Source: an uncultured Methanosarcinales archaeon (lineage in GTDB: Archaea; Nanobdellota; Nanobdellia; Woesearchaeales; DSVV01). From it: 64,000 bases of DNA. The position numbers and the translations under genes are program-made. Under the pieces are notes generated by a model, which saw only the letters and a list, made by a program, of their open reading frames with translations, was not told the origin of the DNA and did no database searches. The stretch spans positions 30,111 to 94,110 of the forward strand of contig CAYLMH010000001.1 in the NCBI GenBank assembly GCA_964385055.1, given 5' to 3'. Below are positions 57,279 to 64,000 of this stretch, in pieces. Every line of letters begins with the position of its first letter. Within the stretch, counting starts at the first letter, position 1.

Positions 57279-58049
57279 ATGGTAGCAAACTTAGAATCAA
57301 GAATAGGTGAACAAATGTCAGGCGGACACGGAGCAGCGCATGGGGATCATGGTGGCCATGGCGCTAAAAAAGGCGGTAAAAGAAAGACGCACGAAGTAGA
57401 GAAAGAACACCAAGAATTTTATGACAATATTCTTGAAGAAGCGTTTGACTGGGATTGGCATAGAAACACAACACATAAACATAATGATGCATACATCACT
57501 GCGCTCCAAGAAGTAAAAGGAAAGAAAGACATAGTCGATCGGTTTTCTGCTGAGGAAGCACTTGTTGATGCCATTATCAAATATAGAACAGAAGCAGGGC
57601 TTCCGGTGAGTAAAGATGCAGAGCATCGACATCATATATACCAAGAAGCGAGAGAATTGCTAGAAGCATATGAAAAAGAAAACAAAACGTCTGTTGATAA
57701 TTTAATAAAAGAAGGAAATCTCTATAAGCTGCTTGATGCATTCCATGAAAAGGAAAAAGGAGAAAATATAGGGAAAAAAGTGAATTATGAATTAAATAAA
57801 AGATTACCACATGGTAAAGATCCTGATTTTTATCAAGGTGTCCTTAAAGCACATGGAAACTACACAGGACAACACTTAAGCAAAGGAAAACTTGCAAAAT
57901 TCGGAACAAGAGAAGGACTAATTAATGCATTCTCCACACTGTATGGGTCAGAAATGAACAGAATGCTTGAAGAATATGTCAAAGCAGAAGAAGGGCATGC
58001 AGATCACGGACACAGCGGTGGTCATGGTGGCGGTCACGGCGGACATTAA
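57279..58049 (+). CDS. Hypothetical protein with His/Gly-rich N- and C-terminal tails (putative metal-binding)
   Basis: N-terminus SGGHGAAHGDHGGHGAKKGG and C-terminus EGHADHGHSGGHGGGHGGH, with a central helical domain and no family. Confidence 0.5.
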   Translation: MVANLESRIGEQMSGGHGAAHGDHGGHGAKKGGKRKTHEVEKEHQEFYDNILEEAFDWDWHRNTTHKHNDAYITALQEVKGKKDIVDRFSAEEALVDAIIKYRTEAGLPVSKDAEHRHHIYQEARELLEAYEKENKTSVDNLIKEGNLYKLLDAFHEKEKGENIGKKVNYELNKRLPHGKDPDFYQGVLKAHGNYTGQHLSKGKLAKFGTREGLINAFSTLYGSEMNRMLEEYVKAEEGHADHGHSGGHGGGHGGH

Positions 58050-58080
58050 CAATTAATTTTCTCTTCTTTAATTTTATTTC
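58050..58080. terminator. T-rich tract between convergent genes (candidate oligo-T terminator)
   Basis: ttttctcttctttaattttatttcttcctttt after the stop at 58049. Confidence 0.3.
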
Positions 58081-58655
58081 TTCCTTTTCACCACTTTTCC
58101 ATTCTGATCAGAAACAAAATCAACAAGTGTCGAAGGATGTGCTTTCTTGAGCCCTTCATAAAGAATAAATCCTACTTTCTTGAGCATATGATGAGGGACA
58201 TCATGAAGAGAAGTCATAAACGGCGCACCGCTGATATTCACGCTCGTCGTGACAATGGGCTTACCATACGCAGCAACAACAGAAGCAAACCAATGCTTCG
58301 GAAGACGCACACCAATCGTATAATCCCCAAGATGCACAGAGCGGGAAACTGCTTTTTTATTCTTGAGATGCAAAATAAATGTATATTTCCCTGGCAATCT
58401 GCCCAACCATTTCTTCGCTCGAGCATGAACAACGCAATTTTTCAAAATCCATTGTTTGGAAGGAGCAATAACAGAAAAGGGTTTGTGTTCCCGCTGTTTC
58501 AAGATACGAATATGTTTGACTGCGCGAGTATTGGTCGCGTCACAGCCAATGCCATAAATAGTGTCTGTCGGATAAATGAATGCGCGACCTTTCCTGATGA
58601 GAGCAAGATATTTCTTCTGATGTTCCAGAAATGGTTTTTTATGAACAAGTGTCAT
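58074..58655 (-). CDS. tsaC: L-threonylcarbamoyladenylate synthase (TsaC/Sua5/YrdC family)
   Basis: YrdC-domain signature FIYPTDTIYGIGCDA and SVIAPS. Confidence 0.8.
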   Translation of the reverse strand: MTLVHKKPFLEHQKKYLALIRKGRAFIYPTDTIYGIGCDATNTRAVKHIRILKQREHKPFSVIAPSKQWILKNCVVHARAKKWLGRLPGKYTFILHLKNKKAVSRSVHLGDYTIGVRLPKHWFASVVAAYGKPIVTTSVNISGAPFMTSLHDVPHHMLKKVGFILYEGLKKAHPSTLVDFVSDQNGKVVKRKK

Positions 58656-58827
58656 GATAATCCAAAAGAAATACATCTATATTAACCTTTGCCAGAACTT
58701 CTCTTAGCAATCACCTTTCACCCTTAATTCGCTCAGCTGCTTTTGAATCCCCAATCTTTTTTATTCTTTGAATAAGAAATCAAAGAAAGAAAAGGAATCA
58801 AGATAGAGAGAACGCCAAGTATTCCTA

Positions 58828-58841
58828 AATCTTTATATATC
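58828..58841 (+). promoter_or_regulatory. Archaeal TATA box (tttatatat) ~22 nt upstream of the serS ATG
   Basis: aaatctttatatatcctg lies upstream of 58862. Confidence 0.45.
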
Positions 58842-58861
58842 CTGAACTTTTCTAAACATCT

Positions 58862-60139
58862 ATGCTGAGCATTCAACTAATCCGAAAAAATCCAGAAATT
58901 GTAAGGGCAGACCTTGAAAAAAGAAATGACAAAGAAAAACTTCAATTCTTAGAAAAGATTATTGCATTGGACAATACATACAGAGAAAATCTTTTGGGAA
59001 TAGAAGCGCTCCGTGCAAAAAGAAATGAAATCTCAAGAGAAGTAGGCAAAATCAAGAAAGCAGGAGGAGATGCAGCCGCACTGTTGGCAGAAGCAGCAAA
59101 AATCCCCCTCCAAATTGAAACAAAAGAAGTAGAACAACAACATATCAAAGATGAAGTAGATTATTATCTTAAACGTTTGCCAAATATCCTGCATGAATCT
59201 GTTCCCGTCGGCGCAGACGACACAAAGAATGTCGTAGTAGGAGAGTTTGGAAAAAAACAAACAAGCGCATTTCCACTGAAAAGCCATGTAGATTTACTAA
59301 CAGAAAACAATTGGGCAGATCTCGAACGAGGAGCGAAAATCGCAGGAGCAAGACAGTACTTCCTCAAAGGAGACCTTGTTCTTTTAGATATGGCAATTCA
59401 GCGATATGCAATGGATTTTATGGACAAAAAAGGATTCCTTCTCCTTTACCCTCCGTTTATGATGCATCGAGATGTCTATGAAGGAGTAACAGATATTGCG
59501 GATTTTGAACATGTGATGTACAAAATTCAAGGAGAAGATCTCTATCTCATTGCAACGTCGGAGCATCCGATGATTGGGATGTTCCAAAATGAAATCTTTG
59601 AACCAACACAGTTACCAATGAAACATGTTGGCATAAGCGCGTGTTTTCGAAAAGAAGCAGGAGCGCATGGAAAAGATCAGAAAGGAATCTTCCGCGTCCA
59701 TCAGTTTAACAAAATTGAGCAAATAGTAATCTGCCAACCAGAAGAAAGCTGGAAATTGCATGAAGAACTTCTAGAAAATGCAAAAGAATTTTTCCAATCA
59801 TTAGGATTCCATTTCCGCATTGTCAACATTTGTACAGGAGATATTGGAACAGTTGCGGCAAAAAAATATGATATTGAAGTATGGTATCCAGTGCAAAATG
59901 CATATAGAGAAGTAGTTTCTGCAAGCAACTGCACGGATTATCAGGCACGACGATTAGGCATGCGTGTCAGAGGAAAAGAAGAAAATTATCCTCCTCATAC
60001 ATTAAATTCAACCTGCGTTGCAACAAGCAGAGCAATAGTTGCAATCCTAGAAAACTTCCAGCAAAAAGATGGATCAGTAAAGATTCCTGATGTGCTTGTA
60101 CCGTATATGAATGGAAAGAGAACTCTAGAGAAAAAATAA
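58862..60139 (+). CDS. serS: Seryl-tRNA synthetase
   Basis: N-terminal coiled coil, class II motifs (..FRKEAGAHGKDQKGIFRVHQF.., GDIG) and the SerRS architecture. Confidence 0.95.
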   Translation: MLSIQLIRKNPEIVRADLEKRNDKEKLQFLEKIIALDNTYRENLLGIEALRAKRNEISREVGKIKKAGGDAAALLAEAAKIPLQIETKEVEQQHIKDEVDYYLKRLPNILHESVPVGADDTKNVVVGEFGKKQTSAFPLKSHVDLLTENNWADLERGAKIAGARQYFLKGDLVLLDMAIQRYAMDFMDKKGFLLLYPPFMMHRDVYEGVTDIADFEHVMYKIQGEDLYLIATSEHPMIGMFQNEIFEPTQLPMKHVGISACFRKEAGAHGKDQKGIFRVHQFNKIEQIVICQPEESWKLHEELLENAKEFFQSLGFHFRIVNICTGDIGTVAAKKYDIEVWYPVQNAYREVVSASNCTDYQARRLGMRVRGKEENYPPHTLNSTCVATSRAIVAILENFQQKDGSVKIPDVLVPYMNGKRTLEKK

Positions 60140-60171
60140 GAAACTCTTTAAAAAAGAAAACGCGGGAAAGA

Positions 60172-60180
60172 CTTATATAT
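60172..60180 (+). promoter_or_regulatory. Archaeal TATA box (cttatatat) ~24 nt upstream of the ATG at 60204
   Basis: gacttatatatctg. Confidence 0.4.
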
Positions 60181-60203
60181 CTGTATTTCTAGAATAAACA
60201 GCA

Positions 60204-60719
60204 ATGGCAAAGAAATCAATTGGAGACATTAATGGCTGGGTCTTTATCGGTGTTGGTTTTGTCGTCATGGCAGTTTCTATATTTTTCTATGACACATTAA
60301 AGATATTTATTGCGCTTGGAGGCCTTATGACACTCTATGGCCTTGGTAAATTATCGTATGATAATCTAAAAGCAAAAATATTTCCGAAAGATGAAGAAGA
60401 AGGCCCTGTTGATTTAAATAAAGCGCAAAATCCGTATTTGCAGCAAAAAGCTGCGCAAAGACCGCAACAAGCAGCACAGCAAATACAACAGCATCAAGCT
60501 GCGCATCCAACACAGCAACAAAGAGCGCAGCATCAAGTCCATCCTCAACATCGGCAAAGTCAACAAGTACAATATGCACATCCACAACGAACACAGGTGC
60601 AACACAGAGCTGTGCATCCACAACAACATCAAAATCAAGGAAGATACTGTCATAGCTGCGGTGCAGCAAAGCAACCACATCACAGGTTCTGTGCGAATTG
60701 TGGGACGAGACTTGGATAA
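60204..60719 (+). CDS. Membrane-anchored protein with a Gln/His-rich low-complexity region and a C-terminal zinc ribbon
   Basis: Two N-terminal TM helices, a Q/H-rich repeat tract (QQAAQQIQQHQAAHPTQQQRAQHQVHPQHRQ..), and C-terminal CHSCGAAKQPHHRFCANCGTRL. Confidence 0.5.
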   Translation: MAKKSIGDINGWVFIGVGFVVMAVSIFFYDTLKIFIALGGLMTLYGLGKLSYDNLKAKIFPKDEEEGPVDLNKAQNPYLQQKAAQRPQQAAQQIQQHQAAHPTQQQRAQHQVHPQHRQSQQVQYAHPQRTQVQHRAVHPQQHQNQGRYCHSCGAAKQPHHRFCANCGTRLG

Positions 60720-60933
60720 AGAAGTACGAATTTCTTAAATAAGCATAATGCAAAAAATAACAACAGTGGCGCCGACGCGACGGGGGTTGTCCCTTACGGG
60801 GTGTCGCGTAGGACATGGAACAAAGTGACATGTCCGTAGGCCGCCAATGTTGTTGTTATTTTTTGCTTATGAAATAAAAAATGAATAGTAAACGAACATA
60901 ATCCATATAAAGCACAAAAATCTTCTTTTTTTC
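60720..60933. promoter_or_regulatory. Candidate replication-origin (oriC) region and orc1/cdc6 promoter
   Basis: This intergenic region lies immediately upstream of orc1/cdc6. It has AT-rich flanks and a large dyad element. Archaeal origins usually abut orc1/cdc6. Confidence 0.3.
60751..60864. other. GC-rich structured ~114-bp element with ~15-nt AT-rich terminal inverted repeats (MITE-like insertion, candidate sRNA, or origin-associated hairpin)
   Basis: The 5' arm aaaaaataacaacag..ggcg pairs with the 3' arm cgcc..attgttgttgttatttttt (about 14 bp plus 4 GC bp). The 80-nt core (60766-60845) holds two internal hairpins: cgcgac/gtcgcg (6 bp), and ggacatg/catgtcc (7 bp, 11-nt loop). The local GC is far above the flanking DNA. 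Confidence 0.5.
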
Positions 60934-62001
60934 ATGGGTTTATTCGATACAATGTTGAAATCAGGAGAGAGTATTTTCCTCAATGAGCTTGCGTTAGATT
61001 TCTCCTTCCAGCCAAAACTCCTCCTCCATCGGGAAAATGAGCAATTCACCATCGCAAATTCGATTAGACCATTATTCAGCGAGCGAACAGGGAAAAATAT
61101 TATGCTTCATGGCAAGCCAGGAATTGGAAAAACACTCGCAGTGCTCCATGTATTTAGAGAACTTGAAGAGCAGCATGAAGAAATTCTTCCAGTCTATGTC
61201 AATTGCTGGCAAAATAACAGCACCTACAAAATCGCAATCGCCCTGTGCGAAGCAGTGAACTACAAATTCTATCAAAATAAAAAAACGCATGAAATTTTCA
61301 AAGATCTCGAAAACACCTTTAACAAAAACTGTGTCGCGTTTTGTTTTGATGAAGTGGATAAATTGGAAGATTTTGATTTTCTTTACACGCTTTTAGAAAA
61401 TGTGTTCAAAAAAACAGTAATTCTCATCTCTAATTACAAGGAATGGTTTACAGGACTAGACGAACGAATTCGTTCAAGACTCAGACCAGAATTGTTAGAG
61501 TTCAAAGAGTATAACACGCAAGAAATAAAAGATATTCTCGAACAGCGAAAAGGATTTGCATTCAAACCAGGAGTTCTGCAAGATGACGCATTTGAAGTCA
61601 TTTTACAACACACCATTCAGCAAAAAGATATTCGTGCGGGTTTGCATTTAATGCGCCAGAGCGCAGAAGCTGCAGAAGAAGCAAGCTCACGAATCATTAC
61701 CGCAAACCACGTCACCGCAGTCTTAGATAAAGGTGCAGAGGGATACAACAAAGAACCACTCGAATTAGATGAAGATTGCAGAGCAGTTCTTGAACTTGTG
61801 AAAGCAAACAGTGGCATAAAAATCGGCGATCTCTTCAAGAAGTATGAAGAGACAGGAGGAAAACAATCTTACAAAACATTTGTCAGAAAAGTGCAAACCC
61901 TCGGATTTGGAGGCTTTGTTTCCTTAAAGAGAGTCGTTGGTGCTGGTGGAAATAGTACACTCGTGTATCATCAGAATATAAAGAGATTAGATGAGTTCTA
62001 A
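60934..62001 (+). CDS. cdc6: Orc1/Cdc6 replication initiator (AAA+ with a C-terminal winged helix)
   Basis: Walker A LHGKPGIGKTLAV and Walker B CFDEVD, with a C-terminal wH domain. Confidence 0.9.
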   Translation: MGLFDTMLKSGESIFLNELALDFSFQPKLLLHRENEQFTIANSIRPLFSERTGKNIMLHGKPGIGKTLAVLHVFRELEEQHEEILPVYVNCWQNNSTYKIAIALCEAVNYKFYQNKKTHEIFKDLENTFNKNCVAFCFDEVDKLEDFDFLYTLLENVFKKTVILISNYKEWFTGLDERIRSRLRPELLEFKEYNTQEIKDILEQRKGFAFKPGVLQDDAFEVILQHTIQQKDIRAGLHLMRQSAEAAEEASSRIITANHVTAVLDKGAEGYNKEPLELDEDCRAVLELVKANSGIKIGDLFKKYEETGGKQSYKTFVRKVQTLGFGGFVSLKRVVGAGGNSTLVYHQNIKRLDEF

Positions 62002-62005
62002 AAAC

Positions 62006-62617
62006 CTACTTCTTAATCCGCTTCATCCTAAACACATTCTCTCGATCCATTTCATCAAGGCGCATCTGAATAAACTTTCGCTGGACATCAAGTCGAGGAA
62101 TAATTTCAAACTCCAGTGCATTAACCCGTCGTTTGGTTTTCTCAATTTCAGTCAACAATTTTTTAATTCCTGTTTCCACTTCAGCAGCTTCAATAATTTT
62201 ACGAACAACTTTTTCAAAAGATTGAGACGCTTCATCAATAACTGCAGAGCTTGCGATCGTTCCATACCCTCTATCCGCACCTTTTTCTTTGTGCGAAGTA
62301 GTTATTTTCGGAACAACAACCCCCATGATGTTGCGAGAATGCATAGTGATTGAAGGTGCGTCGCGAACAGCAAGCGCAAGAGAACTCACTTGAACATCGC
62401 CCTCAATGGTTCGCGCAATATTCACCGTATAAAGTGCTTTCTTATATTCTTCAGTCAATTCTTGCCGAACAGTTTTCGCGCGCTTCAAGATTTCAAAAAA
62501 CTCTAAAATAAGACCGTCTCTTTTTTTCTTCAAAAGATTGTAGCCTGATTTCGCGAGTTTAATGCGATTCTTGAGCTTCATCAGCTCGCTTCGGGTTGGT
62601 TTAATGTTCTCTGCCAT
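62006..62617 (-). CDS. atpD: A/V-type ATP synthase subunit D
   Basis: MAENIKPTRSELMKLKNRIKLAKSGYNLLKKKRDGL is the classic subunit D N-terminus. Confidence 0.9.
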   Translation of the reverse strand: MAENIKPTRSELMKLKNRIKLAKSGYNLLKKKRDGLILEFFEILKRAKTVRQELTEEYKKALYTVNIARTIEGDVQVSSLALAVRDAPSITMHSRNIMGVVVPKITTSHKEKGADRGYGTIASSAVIDEASQSFEKVVRKIIEAAEVETGIKKLLTEIEKTKRRVNALEFEIIPRLDVQRKFIQMRLDEMDRENVFRMKRIKK

Positions 62618-62633
62618 GAATTTTCACATCAAT

Positions 62634-64000
62634 TTATTCTTTTTTTGCTTTGTAAAATTTTTCTTTTAACTTACCACTCAAGCGAGTAAGCTCATTTGAT
62701 GGAATCGCTCCAAAGAGTTGCCACCCTAAGTCAAGTGTCTCTGAAATGCTTCGATCTTCATCACGGCGTTGTCGGACAAATTGATCCTCAAAAGCTGCTG
62801 CAAATTTCAACAAGCGCAGATCGCGTTGGCTAAGTGCTTCTTCACCAACAATCGCGACAAGCCCGCGAAGGTCTCGTCCTTCTGCGTAACATGCATACAA
62901 CTGATCAGAAACTCCTTTGTGATCATCGCGAGTCTTTCCTTCTCCTACACCCAAATTCATAAGGCGAGACAAACTTGGCAACACGTCAACTGGAGGATAC
63001 ACTCCTTTTCGATGCAATTCTCGAGAAAGAACAATCTGTCCTTCTGTAATGTAGCCAGTCAAATCTGGAATTGGATGCGTAATGTCGTCTCCAACCATGG
63101 TTAAGATAGGGATTTGCGTGACAGATCCTTTTTTCCCTTTGATCATACCAGCGCGCTCGTAAATCGTTGCAAGGTCTGTGTACATGTATCCTGGATATCC
63201 TCGTCGTCCTGGAACTTCTTCACGTGCTGCCCCAATTTCTCGTAAGCTCTCGCAGTAGTTCGTCATGTCTGTTAAGATAACAAGAACGTGCATGTCTTTT
63301 TCAAACGCGAGATATTCTGCAGTCGTCAATGCCATTCGTGGAGTAACAAGACGTTCAACTGCAGGATCGTCTGCAAGATTCAAAAACACAACGCTTCTAT
63401 CGAGAGCGCCAGTTTCTTCAAATCCTTTCATGAAGTATTGTGCTTCTTCGTTGGTGATACCCATTGCTGCAAACACAACAACGAAGTTTTCCTTTTGTCC
63501 AACAACCTTTGCCTGACGTGCGATCTGCAATGCAATTTCGCTGTGTGGCAATCCGCTTCCGGAAAAGATAGGAAGTTTTTGTCCACGAACAAGCGTGTTT
63601 GTTGCGTCAATAGTACTTACTCCCGTCTGAATAAAATCACTTGGCTGTTCTCTGCTGTACGGATTGATTGCTGCGCCAATGATGTTCAATTTCTTTTCTG
63701 GAATAATGCCTGGACCGCCATCAATAGGTTTTCCCGCGCCATTGAGAATACGACCAAGCATTTCCTCAGAAACATTAACTTTCAGCGATTGTCCTAAGAA
63801 CGTCACGCTGGCTTCTTTATCAAGTCCAGATGTTCCTTCAAACACTTGAACAACAACAAGATCATCGCTCGTGTCAAGGACTTGACCATTTTTTATTGAG
63901 CCATCAGAGAGTCGTAAGGTGACAATCTCCCCGTATCCAACAGGTTCTGTTTTTTCAACAAAAACAAGTGGTCCTGCAATTCGATTAATTGTTTTATATT
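62634..64000 (-). CDS. atpB: A/V-type ATP synthase subunit B (5' end beyond the window)
   Basis: The listed ORF begins at an internal Met. Translating the minus strand beyond 63845 continues in frame (..[60 protein letters not shown]..), matching the subunit B N-terminal region. The true start lies past position 64000. Confidence 0.9.
   Translation of the reverse strand, partial: YKTINRIAGPLVFVEKTEPVGYGEIVTLRLSDGSIKNGQVLDTSDDLVVVQVFEGTSGLDKEASVTFLGQSLKVNVSEEMLGRILNGAGKPIDGGPGIIPEKKLNIIGAAINPYSREQPSDFIQTGVSTIDATNTLVRGQKLPIFSGSGLPHSEIALQIARQAKVVGQKENFVVVFAAMGITNEEAQYFMKGFEETGALDRSVVFLNLADDPAVERLVTPRMALTTAEYLAFEKDMHVLVILTDMTNYCESLREIGAAREEVPGRRGYPGYMYTDLATIYERAGMIKGKKGSVTQIPILTMVGDDITHPIPDLTGYITEGQIVLSRELHRKGVYPPVDVLPSLSRLMNLGVGEGKTRDDHKGVSDQLYACYAEGRDLRGLVAIVGEEALSQRDLRLLKFAAAFEDQFVRQRRDEDRSISETLDLGWQLFGAIPSNELTRLSGKLKEKFYKAKKE

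Noticed and set aside
60766-60845. Possible tRNA: the 79-nt GC-rich core ends in ...GCCGCCA and starts with GGCGCC on one strand; the other strand ends in GGCGCCA
   Set aside because: Neither strand gives a 7-bp acceptor stem (pairing breaks at the 4th-5th pair). The internal hairpins (6-bp stem with a 21-nt interior; 7-bp stem with an 11-nt loop) do not match the D/anticodon/T-arm geometry. No T-loop GTTCRANYC is present.
1-64000. CRISPR arrays, rRNA genes, integrase/transposase genes
   Set aside because: I saw no regularly spaced direct repeats and no rRNA-like conserved stretches. No ORF has integrase/transposase/Cas motifs. The only mobile-element-like signal is the 114-bp TIR-bounded element, reported separately.

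Overview
The window is low-GC (about 35%), gene-dense DNA from an archaeon. The evidence is RadA, Orc1/Cdc6, A-type ATP synthase B and D subunits, Taw1/TYW1, and TATA boxes about 22-28 nt upstream of start codons (leaderless-type promoters). The composition and the very large surface-glycan island fit a DPANN-like lineage, but that placement is a guess. Positions 1 to about 45,000 form one large cell-surface glycan biosynthesis island. It holds a nucleotide-heptose module (an HldE-domain-II adenylyltransferase fused to an unknown C-terminal domain, an IMPase-like phosphatase, an HldD-like epimerase and a GT9 heptosyltransferase). It also holds seven GT2 enzymes, one GT4, three class-I SAM methyltransferases, and three cobalamin-binding (class B) radical SAM paralogs, one of which lies directly downstream of a ferredoxin-like fusion protein. 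There are at least seven large polytopic GT-C-like membrane proteins; four of them form a paralogous family with a conserved Cys-containing 'QGTLY..PYC.QGP' motif. A CDP-6-deoxy/3,6-dideoxyhexose-like module is present (RfbF, RfbG, a 741-aa RmlD-like/DegT-like fusion and an extra SDR), plus a Wzx-like flippase and a Ugd/epimerase/UXS module for UDP-GlcA/UDP-Xyl. Positions 45,000-64,000 are housekeeping genes: ScpB, a PC4-like small protein apparently co-transcribed with radA, Taw1, a metallophosphoesterase, a MoxR-vWA pair, TsaC/Sua5, SerRS, Orc1/Cdc6, and AtpD/AtpB (truncated at the window end). The most unusual non-coding feature is a 114-bp GC-rich, highly structured element with about 15-nt AT-rich terminal inverted repeats. 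It sits in the intergenic region immediately upstream of orc1/cdc6, which is also the most likely location of the replication origin. I found no CRISPR array, rRNA, or confidently identifiable tRNA.
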